Positions 39,787 through 50,609 of a DNA stretch of 64,000 nt are shown piece by piece. The position numbers and the translations under genes were made by a program. This stretch comes from Shigella phage Sf19. Where the stretch lies: the sequence record MF327005. One strand, written 5' to 3'. The first letter of the stretch is position 1. The number at the start of each line of letters is the position of its first letter. The notes beneath the pieces are model-generated. The model had not been told where the DNA came from. It saw nothing but the letters and a program-made list of their open reading frames with translations, and searched no databases.

Positions 39787-42165
39787 ATGGCTGAATATAA
39801 GCTAAGTGAGCTAAACAGTATTGATACAGTTCGCTCAGAAGATTTACTTCACCTAAGAATTATCAAAAGGTCTGATATGCTAGGTGATGAAGACCGTAAA
39901 ATGACCTATGCAAATTTCCTTGCCTCTTTCAAACTAGAAAGATTCTTACAACTAACTGGTGGGGATATGACAGGGAATCTTGGCATCGTTAAATTAAGAT
40001 ACGGTGGAAAAGACTTATTAGACCCAACAGGTTCTTCTGAGGTTATTCTCGGTGACACTGCCAAGACCTTTAGAATTAATGCAAGTGCTTTAAGATTAAC
40101 TGTAAATGATGCCACAAGGTCTGCAACAGTTTATCACACACTTAATAAACCATCTCCTAATGAATTAGGTATGAGAACTAATACTGAAAATGATGCAAGA
40201 TACGCTATGAAGGAAACTGAAAATACCTTCTTGGCAAGACAAATCATTAATATCAACGGTGTTGGTTTGACACTTAAAAGTATCTTACCAGATGGTGGAG
40301 CATATATTGAAGCAAGAGACTCAAATAATGCTTTGAGATTCACAGTTGGTAACTTGACTTCTGGGACTGATGTTACATTAGTTAACAGCAAAGGTGCTAC
40401 GTTGACTCTTGGTACAAACTCTGTTAGTGTTGACAAGAACTTTGAAATCAATGGTCAGGTTCAGCCTAATAACTGGAACAACCTTGATGCAAGATTCTTT
40501 ACACAGACTGCTGCTGACCAGAGATTTGCAAGACTTAATGCAAGTAATAACTTTGTTGGGGTTAACAACTTCAACGGGAAGACTTATGTTATTGCAGATA
40601 GTAATGCACTTAACTTAAGAGCGGCTACAGAGAATGCTGCATTATTTATGCGTGGTTACAACAGTGCTGGGACAGGTGCTTGGTATGTGGGTCAACCAGA
40701 TGGTACGCAGTCTGAGATTGTTTTAGCAAACCAGATGACAAATGTTAACTTGAAAATTGCTACAGAGTTTTCATTTAACAAAGCTATTAATGTATCTGGT
40801 CAGGTAAAACCAAGTGACTTCGCAAACTTTGATACAAGATATGTTCCAAGCTCTTTAACGAACGTGCTTGCAAGAACTAATGCTGCAAACGTTTTTACTA
40901 ACCCACAAACTATTGTTACTACAGATGCGGCTTTCACATTGCAAAGTGGGACAGCTAATTCATCACTGTATATTGTTGGCGCTAATGCAGACGGCAACAG
41001 ACGTTGGTATATTGGTAACGGTGAAGGCAGTAGGCCAAATTCTCTGTTCCTGTACAACTATTCAAGTGGTGGTGTACAGTTAGAAATTGCTGACACTTTC
41101 ATGTTCAACAGAAGCGTATCAGTAACTGGTCAGGTTCAGCCTACAGATTGGACAAACTTCGACTCAAGATACTACACACAGTCTGCTGCAAACTCTAGAT
41201 ATATGTTATCTGGTGTATCTGGAACTGGAACAGAAGTAGGTGATGCAACAGGTATTGCTTGGAATTCAAAAACAGGTTTGTACAGTGTTACAAATTCAAC
41301 TGGTGGGTCTACTCACTTAGTTTACCAAATGCACCTTGGAGTTGGTACATCTACACCGACTGCACAGTTTAAATTTAACTACAAGAATACTGGAATCTAT
41401 TATAGAACAGCAAGGGATGGATTTGGTTTTGAAGAGGTTTGGGCTAAAATCTACACAGACCAAGACAAACCTACACCTTCTGAACTTGGTGCTTACACCA
41501 AGGCTGAAGTAGACCAACGTATTGCTTCTGCTGTAACTGATTCTACAGACCTCAAGAAAGTGTATCCAGTTGGTATTGTGACGTTCTTTGCTTCTAATGT
41601 CAACCCAAATACAGCTTTCCCAGGCACTACTTGGACTTACTTGACAGAGGGTGCAAACAGAACTATTAGAATTGGTTCTGCAAATGGTTCCGATGTGAAA
41701 GGTCTTGGTGGTTCTGATACGGTGGCTCTAAGTGTTGGTCATATTCCTGCGCACACTCATAGCTTCTCTGGAACAACAAGTACATTTGATTATGGTACTA
41801 AGTACACAGACGCTCAAGGTGCTCACGACCATGACAGAGGTAACATGGAAATCTCTGGTGACTTTGGTTTCTTCAGAAGTGATGCAAACAGCTTCTATAC
41901 AGCAAGTGGGGCATTCGCTATCTCAGGTTCACAAGCCTCTAGGGGTTATACTGGTTCACAATTCACTTATGGTACACCTGTCAACTTCTACGCATCAAGA
42001 ACTTGGACAGGGAGAACAAGTTGGGTAGGTGCTCACGGTCACGGTGTAGGTATTGGTGCTCACAACCACACATTTAGTGGTAACACTGGTGCAACTGGTT
42101 CTGGTGCAGCATTCAGTGTTCTGAACACTTACATTAAATTAATGGCTTGGGTAAGAACTGCATAA
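39787..42165 (+). CDS. long tail fibre protein with repeated shaft modules and His-rich tip
   Basis: 792 aa; internal repeats (NxSGQVQP.DWxNFDxRY); C-terminal HxH cluster; ends WVRTA. Confidence 0.7.
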   Translation: MAEYKLSELNSIDTVRSEDLLHLRIIKRSDMLGDEDRKMTYANFLASFKLERFLQLTGGDMTGNLGIVKLRYGGKDLLDPTGSSEVILGDTAKTFRINASALRLTVNDATRSATVYHTLNKPSPNELGMRTNTENDARYAMKETENTFLARQIININGVGLTLKSILPDGGAYIEARDSNNALRFTVGNLTSGTDVTLVNSKGATLTLGTNSVSVDKNFEINGQVQPNNWNNLDARFFTQTAADQRFARLNASNNFVGVNNFNGKTYVIADSNALNLRAATENAALFMRGYNSAGTGAWYVGQPDGTQSEIVLANQMTNVNLKIATEFSFNKAINVSGQVKPSDFANFDTRYVPSSLTNVLARTNAANVFTNPQTIVTTDAAFTLQSGTANSSLYIVGANADGNRRWYIGNGEGSRPNSLFLYNYSSGGVQLEIADTFMFNRSVSVTGQVQPTDWTNFDSRYYTQSAANSRYMLSGVSGTGTEVGDATGIAWNSKTGLYSVTNSTGGSTHLVYQMHLGVGTSTPTAQFKFNYKNTGIYYRTARDGFGFEEVWAKIYTDQDKPTPSELGAYTKAEVDQRIASAVTDSTDLKKVYPVGIVTFFASNVNPNTAFPGTTWTYLTEGANRTIRIGSANGSDVKGLGGSDTVALSVGHIPAHTHSFSGTTSTFDYGTKYTDAQGAHDHDRGNMEISGDFGFFRSDANSFYTASGAFAISGSQASRGYTGSQFTYGTPVNFYASRTWTGRTSWVGAHGHGVGIGAHNHTFSGNTGATGSGAAFSVLNTYIKLMAWVRTA

Positions 42166-42251
42166 TTACCTTGTTGACTAACTGTCAAGATGGTGTTAAT
42201 ATTTCTTAGTAGGTATTCTCACCATCTTGGCTCAAGAAGTAAGGTGATTAA

Positions 42252-42446
42252 ATGCCAACCATTCTAGCAATCCTCATGAAAAACCTTGGGGCATTCTTTT
42301 GGAAGCTTCTTTTTTCTCTTCTCAGTGAATACATGATTGAAAAAGTGTTCTTTAAGCTTGCAAGATACCTTGCGAGCAAAACAGATACACCTATTGATGA
42401 TGAATTTGTAGATACCTTGGAAAAGGCTTTTAAAGGTGAGAAATAA
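42252..42446 (+). CDS. small hydrophobic protein (possible holin-like)
   Basis: 64 aa with hydrophobic N-terminal half. Confidence 0.35.
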   Translation: MPTILAILMKNLGAFFWKLLFSLLSEYMIEKVFFKLARYLASKTDTPIDDEFVDTLEKAFKGEK

Positions 42447-42820
42447 TGAAGTGGCTTGAAGATGCTTTTAAGAATAATATTGGTGCAATCGTTGTAGGTA
42501 TTTTCAGTGTAATTGGTATGTACACTACAATGCAGGTCTCTGATGGTAAACAGGAAGTGTCTATCACAAATAAGTTACAGCAGTTGGATGGTTACTCAAA
42601 AGGTAACTATTCAGCTATTCGTGACTTACAATCTGATATGAAGCTCCTACAATTAGGGATGGAGAACCAGAAAGTTCAGCTAGAGAATGTTAAGGGAGAA
42701 AACGCTAAGTTGACTAAGACCCTTGATAAGTTCTCTGACAGTGTTAACAACTTAGCACAATCTGTATCAGCTTTGCAAGCAATTACAGAACAAAATACCC
42801 AAAGCACTAAAAAGAAATAA
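42446..42820 (+). CDS. single-pass membrane protein with coiled-coil domain (holin- or i-spanin-like)
   Basis: 124 aa; N-terminal TM IGAIVVGIFSVIGMY followed by Q/L-rich helix. Confidence 0.4.
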   Translation: MKWLEDAFKNNIGAIVVGIFSVIGMYTTMQVSDGKQEVSITNKLQQLDGYSKGNYSAIRDLQSDMKLLQLGMENQKVQLENVKGENAKLTKTLDKFSDSVNNLAQSVSALQAITEQNTQSTKKK

Positions 42821-42826
42821 TTCTAA

Positions 42827-42852
42827 GGCTCCTTTTTACGGGAGCCTTTTTT
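42827..42852. terminator. bidirectional rho-independent terminator between convergent operons
   Basis: ggctcc-tttttacg-ggagcc followed by tttttt; sits between + gene ending 42820 and - gene ending 42857. Confidence 0.65.
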
Positions 42853-42856
42853 GTTT

Positions 42857-43756
42857 CTACTTACCTACTGATAAAGGTGCTTCAATCTTACCAGCATGTT
42901 TATACCCTTTCAACCCACCTAGGAAGTCATCTGCTGTCATATGTCTCAAGTCTTCAAGAGACTTCAAATCTTGATGAATTTCAAACTTAGGTGCTGGGAA
43001 CTCTTCATTACCAAGAAGCTGAAAAACCTGTGACATATGGTTCTGGTAGATTTGAGTATCACCATAAGTCCCTACCAGATATCGCGGTGTATATCCCGTC
43101 AGTTTACACAACACTTCCAAGATAAAGGCATAGGAAGCAATGTTAAATGGTAACCCTAAGAAGGTATCACAAGAGCGCTGATACCATTTCAAATCCACCT
43201 CATTAGTGTTCGAGATATAAATCTGAAAAAGTACATGACAAGGTGCTAATGCCATAGAGTTACTTGAGATATCTGCTGCATTCCATGCGTTAACGAGCAT
43301 GTAACGGTCTGTAGGAGACTTTCTCATCTTCTCTACAAGATTACTCAACTGGTCTACAACAACGCCACCATGACCTTCGTAGGCTCTCCATTGGACTCCA
43401 TAGATTCTTCCTCCAGCGTCCTCCAGCCAATCATTCTCTGTAGCATAGGTTGTTTTCAACCAACGTTTAAAATCATCTGTCCAGATAGTCCAACGCTCTC
43501 CGTCGTTCTCTCCCCAAGTTCTGTAACGCAAATGGCCTAGTTGGTTTTCACCGTTCATAAACCATAATGCTTCACCGAGGACTTGACGCATAAATGTTTG
43601 TTTTGAGGTGATTAAAGGAAATCCACTACGCATATCAAAACGGAACTCAGGTGGAGCAAAGGTAGAAATCACTGAGCCAGTTCGGGTTTTACGCAACTCA
43701 CCAACTGATAAAACATGGTTTAAAATAGCTTTGTAGCTTACATCTGCTTGTGACAT
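42857..43756 (-). CDS. thyA: thymidylate synthase
   Basis: 299 aa; active-site region ALAPCHVLFQIY and conserved TS motifs. Confidence 0.9.
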   Translation of the reverse strand: MSQADVSYKAILNHVLSVGELRKTRTGSVISTFAPPEFRFDMRSGFPLITSKQTFMRQVLGEALWFMNGENQLGHLRYRTWGENDGERWTIWTDDFKRWLKTTYATENDWLEDAGGRIYGVQWRAYEGHGGVVVDQLSNLVEKMRKSPTDRYMLVNAWNAADISSNSMALAPCHVLFQIYISNTNEVDLKWYQRSCDTFLGLPFNIASYAFILEVLCKLTGYTPRYLVGTYGDTQIYQNHMSQVFQLLGNEEFPAPKFEIHQDLKSLEDLRHMTADDFLGGLKGYKHAGKIEAPLSVGK

Positions 43757-43757
43757 A

Positions 43758-44303
43758 TTAGAAACGTCCTCTTACTTGTGGAACATAGGTATCAAACACC
43801 ACAGACTTATCTTCTGAAGGTTTGGACTGTACTTTAGCAAATAAATCTGTGTCATACAAGTACTGGAAGAAACCCTCATAAGGTAGCTTGACAGTAGCCT
43901 CTTCAGTAACTTCCTTAATAACACTGTGGAAAACTACGTCAGCATACGGTAAAGCTGAGATTAAGATGTTGGCTCCACCGATTACTAAAACATCTTCCTC
44001 AATAGAGCTATCAATATACTTCAGGAAAGCCCCAAAAGCTTCAGGCTTAACTCTTGCTTTACAATGAGAGTCATCTTTAAAGTCCAGACCGTAAAAGTCA
44101 AGAGAGTTTGTCAAGATAAGGTTCTCACGGTTTGGCAACGGCTTGCTCCCAAGAGTCTTCCAAGTTTCGCTACCCATCAAGACTAACTGGTTAACAGTCT
44201 GCTTCTTAAACTCTGCCATATCTTGTTTATTACGAGGCCAAGGCATTCCAGTAGCTGTGCCAAACTCCCCGTTAATACCACTTGCAAAAATTAACTTAAT
44301 CAT
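43758..44303 (-). CDS. folA: dihydrofolate reductase
   Basis: 181 aa; N-terminal IKLIFASGINGEFG..MPW and LVLMGSETWKTLG resemble E. coli DHFR; adjacent to thyA. Confidence 0.85.
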   Translation of the reverse strand: MIKLIFASGINGEFGTATGMPWPRNKQDMAEFKKQTVNQLVLMGSETWKTLGSKPLPNRENLILTNSLDFYGLDFKDDSHCKARVKPEAFGAFLKYIDSSIEEDVLVIGGANILISALPYADVVFHSVIKEVTEEATVKLPYEGFFQYLYDTDLFAKVQSKPSEDKSVVFDTYVPQVRGRF

Positions 44304-44572
44304 TTTGTAAATCCTTTGATAATGAACCAGTTCAGAACACGCTTCACAATCCTGTTTGGATGGTAAATAAGGTGAGGTTGTGGTTCATAACTTCCGTAAG
44401 CCCAAAAAGATAAAATCTTTCCACATCCACAGCAACGGGTGTACTCTTCAGCGATATTGCCAGAGACAATCTCTGAAACTTCACCTTGGAAGTTCTCACC
44501 TCCACAATGGCAGCATTTAACTGGCTCACCATCATTCATGTAGCACTGTGATACTCCGCTTAAGATTTTCAT
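44300..44572 (-). CDS. small zinc-ribbon-like protein
   Basis: 90 aa with CHCGG...CCGCG cysteine pairs. Confidence 0.45.
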   Translation of the reverse strand: MKILSGVSQCYMNDGEPVKCCHCGGENFQGEVSEIVSGNIAEEYTRCCGCGKILSFWAYGSYEPQPHLIYHPNRIVKRVLNWFIIKGFTK

Positions 44573-45084
44573 TTTTTGTTTACCTTAAAAGTACGTTCAA
44601 ATTTTAGTATGAAATCAAGGTCATCAACTTCACTTGACAAAAAATCTTCAAAGTGTTTTGGAACAAAGTCTAAGAAACTCATAGAACCAAAGTCACCTGT
44701 CAGTTTGATAGTGCCTTGTTCATACTCAGCAGTTACTACATGACCACCTTCAGTCTGCTTAACAATCTCTACAATATCAGCTATGAAGATGTTTAGCAAT
44801 GCTTTAAAACTTCTTGGATACTGTGTATCTGAGTACAGTTCAATACTTGGCTCCAGATTAACTTCAATAGAACGGCTATCCCGTAGCTCTGGAGTAAATA
44901 AGTGAGCAGGAAGAACACACAGAGAGTCAGCAGTGTCTTCATCAATGAACTCAATAGTTCCTGCATCATAGTTAGTGTCAATCAAGAATGTCTTCTCAGT
45001 ATGATTTGTGGACTTCATATGCTCAGACAACATTGATTTCAAGAACTCTGCTTCAGGCTGGCAAAGGGTAATTCCAATTTTCAT
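44569..45084 (-). CDS. hypothetical protein
   Basis: 171 aa ORF. Confidence 0.5.
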   Translation of the reverse strand: MKIGITLCQPEAEFLKSMLSEHMKSTNHTEKTFLIDTNYDAGTIEFIDEDTADSLCVLPAHLFTPELRDSRSIEVNLEPSIELYSDTQYPRSFKALLNIFIADIVEIVKQTEGGHVVTAEYEQGTIKLTGDFGSMSFLDFVPKHFEDFLSSEVDDLDFILKFERTFKVNKK

Positions 45085-45085
45085 G

Positions 45086-45589
45086 TTAAACCTCTACAAA
45101 AGTATCTTTGTCATTATCGTACTTGAAGAATTTTATACACTTTTGTGTATTCCAGTCAACCTTTTCATCATAAGCAATACCTTTTGCTACACGCTTTCCA
45201 ATGGTCTGTATAATGATTTCACGGAGCTTTCCATACTCCTTCCAAGGTCTTGAGCCAATAGTTATATTATATTTGTTATAGCTATCAATTGCTTGTTCGT
45301 TATAGCGTATCTCCATAGGACTTGCAGGTTTGTACAGATGGGGTAGTAAATTCCAACCCATATGACCTTCTTCTTTGGCTAGTTCTAGTTGGTGAAGATA
45401 TTCATTCAACCGTCCATCTTCCTCAAGCCACCTGTGAAGTGTCTGCAAGCCTAAGATGTTGTTGTTAAAGTGTGATGCACGTTTCACAGAACCTAAATCA
45501 CAACGATAATCTGACTTTGGTAGTGACAGTATGCTGCCTTGCAATACACTGTACCCAAAGTATAAATCGAGTTTTAAGGGAAGAGACAT
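45086..45589 (-). CDS. hypothetical protein
   Basis: 167 aa ORF. Confidence 0.5.
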   Translation of the reverse strand: MSLPLKLDLYFGYSVLQGSILSLPKSDYRCDLGSVKRASHFNNNILGLQTLHRWLEEDGRLNEYLHQLELAKEEGHMGWNLLPHLYKPASPMEIRYNEQAIDSYNKYNITIGSRPWKEYGKLREIIIQTIGKRVAKGIAYDEKVDWNTQKCIKFFKYDNDKDTFVEV

Positions 45590-45933
45590 TTGATATCCTC
45601 ATTTTTAAACACAAAAGTTGTGTAGTTGTGACCATCAACATCTAACCAGACAGCCTTAACATCAACACCATCTAGGTTCTCTGACAACTCTTTGATGAAG
45701 TGGTCTCGCACCTTTTTAGCACTTGTAGTTTCAAGTTTGATGTTAGAGATTGCAGAGCCAATTGCCATATAACCTCTTACACGATTTGCTTCAGTATGCT
45801 TCATACCACCAGTTGTGTAAACCTCTTTCAAGGTCTCCAGAATTGCATTACCATAAAGCTTCTCTGCTGGAGTTGGTTTACCATAGAAGCCAATTGCAAA
45901 GTTATCGTTAAAGATTGCATTTTCACGTTTCAT
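45574..45933 (-). CDS. hypothetical protein
   Basis: 119 aa ORF. Confidence 0.5.
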   Translation of the reverse strand: MKRENAIFNDNFAIGFYGKPTPAEKLYGNAILETLKEVYTTGGMKHTEANRVRGYMAIGSAISNIKLETTSAKKVRDHFIKELSENLDGVDVKAVWLDVDGHNYTTFVFKNEDIKCLFP

Positions 45934-45934
45934 A

Positions 45935-46234
45935 TTAATCTGCCAGCCTTAAGTTAAAGTTTACACCAAGTTTTGTACAAGCATTAAGCATGTACTCTAA
46001 AGAAATCTTTTGAGGGTCGTTAATGATATTTGACACACGACTCTGTGAGATTTCACAAACAGTTGCTACTTGAGCCTGAGAAAGTTTTAGCTTCTCAATC
46101 TCTTTAGAGAATCTGAAAGATACAAAGTCTTTCATCTCTTCTATATCCATTGGACAGACATAACTCTCCATTTCAGCCTCTCTATCAGCCTCCCAAGAAT
46201 CTTGAGGTGCATATGGGTCAAAGACTTCATTCAT
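45935..46234 (-). CDS. helix-turn-helix (XRE-type) transcriptional regulator
   Basis: 99 aa; LSQAQVATVCEISQSRVSNIIN matches HTH_3 pattern. Confidence 0.6.
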   Translation of the reverse strand: MNEVFDPYAPQDSWEADREAEMESYVCPMDIEEMKDFVSFRFSKEIEKLKLSQAQVATVCEISQSRVSNIINDPQKISLEYMLNACTKLGVNFNLRLAD

Positions 46235-46430
46235 CTTTCTTTCTCCGTTTTCGAGAAGTGTCTATTAACGAATCAAGATTAGTTGCTCTGACGTTTTCAC
46301 GAGTCCCATTGATGTAGTTATCTAAAGACTCTACAACGGTTGAATAATCACTTGCCCAAACTCTGTAAATAACTACTCCGTCATCATCGACTACTTCACC
46401 GTAGTCTACTCTACAGATGTTCTTCTTCAT
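46227..46430 (-). CDS. hypothetical small protein
   Basis: 67 aa ORF. Confidence 0.4.
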   Translation of the reverse strand: MKKNICRVDYGEVVDDDGVVIYRVWASDYSTVVESLDNYINGTRENVRATNLDSLIDTSRKRRKKDE

Positions 46431-46432
46431 GA

Positions 46433-46813
46433 TTATAAACCCATGCAGTGACGATTTTCAATAAAGTATTGAACACCTTTGAAAGACTCACGCATAAAAT
46501 TATCTTTCACATCTTCTACAGTCTCAATACCTTTGCTATCAAGAATGTCAACGTTCTGAGTAACCATCTCATCTGCTAATCTGTCATAGTAATCTCCCAT
46601 AAAATGGTAGTTGTAGTCAACCATCTTATCAGTCATTTCTTGAACAGTCTGAGCAGACAACGGTTTAGTCAACTCTCCAGCATTTGAAGCGATTTTCTGT
46701 ACAATCTTACAAGATTCTAAAGCGACACCATTAAAGTTTGCTTCAGGCATCTTCATAGCTGCTGCACTAAAACTCATACCAATAGCAATGACACCAACAA
46801 GTAACTTTTTCAT
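46433..46813 (-). CDS. secreted protein with N-terminal signal peptide
   Basis: 126 aa; MKKLLVGVIAIGMSFSAAA signal-like N-terminus; AGGAGG RBS. Confidence 0.55.
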   Translation of the reverse strand: MKKLLVGVIAIGMSFSAAAMKMPEANFNGVALESCKIVQKIASNAGELTKPLSAQTVQEMTDKMVDYNYHFMGDYYDRLADEMVTQNVDILDSKGIETVEDVKDNFMRESFKGVQYFIENRHCMGL

Positions 46814-46910
46814 AACTACCTCCTATATAAAATTTTGTATACATTTGAGTATAAAAATAAGCTATAACACCTGACTTGTCAACAGATTTTATAGCTTATT
46901 TGGCAGATTT

Positions 46911-47143
46911 TTTATAAGGCTACTGCCATCCTTCCGCACCCGACCTGACCTCGCCCAACCTTACCTGACTGAACCACACCCGACCAAACATCACTTAAAA
47001 ACCCTTTTCAAAGACTCTTAAGTGATGTAATCGAATTTTTATGTAGCTCCGATTAACTACCCATACCTAACCCCACCTTGCCACACCGAACCAGACCAAA
47101 CCCAGCCTCATTAAAAGACCCTTTTAAAGACCTTTTAAAAAGG
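46911..47143. repeat. mosaic repeat element copy 1 (C/A-rich tracts + conserved hairpin modules)
   Basis: Shares modules with 48286-48560 (ggctact(g/a)ccatcc; catcacttaaaa..ttaagtgatg; cctcattaaaagaccc..ttttaaaaagg; TTTT(T/A)ATGTAGCT loop hairpin) in different order. Confidence 0.7.
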
Positions 47144-47165
47144 AGCCTCCGAAGAGGCTACCTAG
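47144..47165 (-). terminator. hairpin terminator for minus-strand gene 47171-47611
   Basis: agcctc-cgaa-gaggct with A-run on plus strand. Confidence 0.55.
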
Positions 47166-47170
47166 TCAAC

Positions 47171-47611
47171 TTAGAAAGGTTTTCTACGTTGCTTGTTAAT
47201 GTTAGCTTTCATGGCAGCTAAATGGTTTTGCTGTTCAATCAGTCGTGAACGTTCTTGATGACTAAGTGCCATAGTGTTCACATTCTCAATCGCTTGAGTG
47301 GCTTGTTTTAAAGCACGACCAATCTTACTAGACATTTTACGTTTTGCAATAGTTGCTTGATGTTTAGGTTCCACCACACGATAACCAACACCCATTGAAG
47401 TGACCAGATAAATCTTCTCTTCTTTAAGAAGCTTCTCAATAAACTTCTCAAGTCGATTTAGGCGTGTAAGTGCGTAAGCTTTCATTTCATCTTCGTACTT
47501 AACAATGTCACCTTGATAAGTCGGCTTCACAATACCTAAGAAGGTGTCCATCTCAGAGTGTGATACAGTATCACCGTAACTGAACTTTGCTGCTAATGCT
47601 TTTGTATTCAT
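47171..47611 (-). CDS. hypothetical protein (cassette gene 2)
   Basis: 146 aa ORF flanked by mosaic repeats. Confidence 0.5.
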   Translation of the reverse strand: MNTKALAAKFSYGDTVSHSEMDTFLGIVKPTYQGDIVKYEDEMKAYALTRLNRLEKFIEKLLKEEKIYLVTSMGVGYRVVEPKHQATIAKRKMSSKIGRALKQATQAIENVNTMALSHQERSRLIEQQNHLAAMKANINKQRRKPF

Positions 47612-47613
47612 AA

Positions 47614-48219
<606 letters not shown>

Positions 48220-48285
48220 TTAGTTGATTGTTAAGTTGTTTGTAAAGAACCCTCAACAGAAGACTCTTTAGAAACTTGGTAGATT

Positions 48286-48560
48286 TTTAACGTGGCTACT
48301 ACCATCCACCCTTACCTCACTTTACCTAACCTGACCTTACCAGACCCAACCGGACACTACCCTACCTAGCGAAACCTCATTAAAAGACCCTCTTTAAAGA
48401 CCTTTTAAAAAGGTGAGTCTCATTTTAATGTAGCTGAGACTAACTACCCTCACCAAACCGGACCAGACCCAACCCAGCCATACCAGACCATACCACACCC
48501 AACCGAACCGAACCTTACCGAGCATCACTTAAAACCCTTTTCAAAGACTCTTAAGTGATG
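48286..48560. repeat. mosaic repeat element copy 2
   Basis: Same modules as copy 1, shuffled; lies in 5' leader of minus-strand transcript. Confidence 0.7.
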
Positions 48561-48592
48561 CTGGTGAGTACCCGTTGGTTTATGCTGCTCAG

Positions 48593-48620
48593 TATACTCA
48601 CCAAATTTTCTATGTCAACA
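48593..48620 (-). promoter_or_regulatory. sigma70-like promoter on minus strand (TTGACA-16-TATACT)
   Basis: Reverse complement reads gTTGACAtagaaaatttggtgagTATACTgagc. Confidence 0.55.
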
Positions 48621-48781
48621 ACTTTATATTAAAAATTCTCTGACTACTGCATTTACTACAAATGATAACAGAGTAAGGGCTAAGGCTGATTTGTATGTTA
48701 TGCTTAACAGTTTACTTATGAAGTAAGATAATGATAAAACAACAAAAACAAACAGGATAATTGCGCTAAACATGCTAACCT

Positions 48782-49882
48782 CTATTCATAATCTCGTATA
48801 ACAAGCCCAACAGGGAACTGTAAAGAACCCTTACGAGTCATCTTCTGGAACTGAACCGTTAAAGGCTTCCCGATAAACTCTTCAGGATGTTCAGCAAGAT
48901 ACTTTTTCTTCTCGTGTGTAGTTTTCCATGAAACATCTACAAAGACGTTAGGAAGAGTCTCTACAACGAACTTACCATGACCACGTTTATCAGTCTTTAC
49001 ACCAGTTACTATGAACTCCTGCGTGTGCATCTTCTTGTGTTTAATCAAGAAGTACGAACGGTGACCACACTCATAGAACGAATCTGGTGAGATTGACCGA
49101 TACATTGCCCCTTCAAACTTGAGTTTAACCCAATTGTCATGAGCATTATCAAATTCTTCCCAAGAGTTAACACGGATTGTCTGAACAGGTACAACCCTGC
49201 AAGCATCACCGAGTTCAACGATTGGTGAATTATCAATAACTTCACGACGCTCAGGCCAAGATTTAGTCTTGTCACAGATATCATACCAGTAGAATTTAAG
49301 AAGGTGACGGTCTGGATTGTCAGCATTCTTAATCATAGACACAATATCTTCCAAGTCCCAACCATGAGCATAAATCTCACCGTCGAAATCTTCAACATCT
49401 TTATGAAGCTTCAGCATAAGAAGAACATCAGGAATCAACTCTACAGGAATGTTGTATACCGTGTTCTCACGAGAATATGCCGTAAAACTTTCTGAGTCAG
49501 CATCTCTTGAAATCCTGCAACGAACCCCGTCAAGTTTAGGTTGAGCATCGGCAGGGAATACCAGATACTTCTTGTGACTTATCTTGGAAGCATCCTGAGC
49601 AAGCTGTACACCAACCTTTTCAACATTCTCTGCTTCAGATTTTGTGTAAGCATACCCTTTACGGTCAACCTGCTTCTTGTACTTAGCAGCAACTTCAAAG
49701 AGAGCTTGCTGTTCAGCATTACGCTCATTCTTTTTACCGATGTTCTTAGGTTCTGCTGTGTACTCTTCGAACATCATCTTGCCATTTTCTTTACCATAAG
49801 TCGTGACTACTTTATCACCTACAGCAACACATGACCAGACGTTGAAAGAACCATCTTTATTTTGTTTGTACAGAATTGTCAT
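48782..49882 (-). CDS. ATP-dependent DNA ligase
   Basis: 366 aa; adenylation motif PKLDGVRC (KxDG) and downstream ligase motifs. Confidence 0.85.
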   Translation of the reverse strand: MTILYKQNKDGSFNVWSCVAVGDKVVTTYGKENGKMMFEEYTAEPKNIGKKNERNAEQQALFEVAAKYKKQVDRKGYAYTKSEAENVEKVGVQLAQDASKISHKKYLVFPADAQPKLDGVRCRISRDADSESFTAYSRENTVYNIPVELIPDVLLMLKLHKDVEDFDGEIYAHGWDLEDIVSMIKNADNPDRHLLKFYWYDICDKTKSWPERREVIDNSPIVELGDACRVVPVQTIRVNSWEEFDNAHDNWVKLKFEGAMYRSISPDSFYECGHRSYFLIKHKKMHTQEFIVTGVKTDKRGHGKFVVETLPNVFVDVSWKTTHEKKKYLAEHPEEFIGKPLTVQFQKMTRKGSLQFPVGLVIRDYE

Positions 49883-50136
49883 TTACGTTTCCCACCAATT
49901 TCTACATCAATAACTTGTGTGTCTCCACAAACATCAAACTTATGAATGATATTCTCTACAGTGTAAGTCCAACCATCAATCCTTACCCATTCACCTTCTC
50001 GTGGCACTATTGGGTTACGTTGTGCTACAGTTGTAGTTGAGTGAACAACGTCATACTTATAGATAAAATTTACCAGAACCTGCATATCAATATTCTCCAT
50101 CAAAAACTGTGGTGTGTGACTGACTATTCTTCCCAT
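49879..50136 (-). CDS. hypothetical small protein (true start may be internal Met)
   Basis: 85 aa ORF overlapping 50087-50332 by 50 nt. Confidence 0.35.
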   Translation of the reverse strand: MGRIVSHTPQFLMENIDMQVLVNFIYKYDVVHSTTTVAQRNPIVPREGEWVRIDGWTYTVENIIHKFDVCGDTQVIDVEIGGKRK

Positions 50137-50332
50137 ACTTGTAAGAAGTTGTAGTCTGAGAATTTGGGCAGCGAACTACAATAACATCCCTGCTAATGGC
50201 ATCACCATTAAGCTTATAAATCTTGCAGTCTTGCATTTCTGGAGGAAGTCTGTAAGAGGCATCCTTATTCTCATAAGAAGGGTTGCACCCCACCAGTAAG
50301 ACTACTAAAGCTGGTATCAATAATTTTAACAT
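50087..50332 (-). CDS. small lipoprotein
   Basis: 81 aa; signal peptide with lipobox LLVGC. Confidence 0.5.
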   Translation of the reverse strand: MLKLLIPALVVLLVGCNPSYENKDASYRLPPEMQDCKIYKLNGDAISRDVIVVRCPNSQTTTSYKYGKNSQSHTTVFDGEY

Positions 50333-50342
50333 TTTAAACCTC

Positions 50343-50609
50343 TCAATAAAATAAGTCTGAAGCTTTTGAATTTACAGGATTCAAAGAACCTTCGTAATGT
50401 TCTTCATAACCCTCTTGGCAGATATTATACAGTTCTTTGAATCGGGTTTCATCAACTGGTTTAACATCTTTCTTAGCGCATAAGAAAAGATACCAATCAT
50501 ATCCCAAACCTCTGCACCAAGCCTCTGAGACAAAAGCTATTGATTTGTCTTCATTCTTGAAGATTGCTAAAGCTTCTTCTTCTCTACTGCTCATTTTTGG
50601 TGTCTCCAA
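50343..50609 (-). CDS. hypothetical protein
   Basis: 88 aa ORF. Confidence 0.45.
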   Translation of the reverse strand: METPKMSSREEEALAIFKNEDKSIAFVSEAWCRGLGYDWYLFLCAKKDVKPVDETRFKELYNICQEGYEEHYEGSLNPVNSKASDLFY

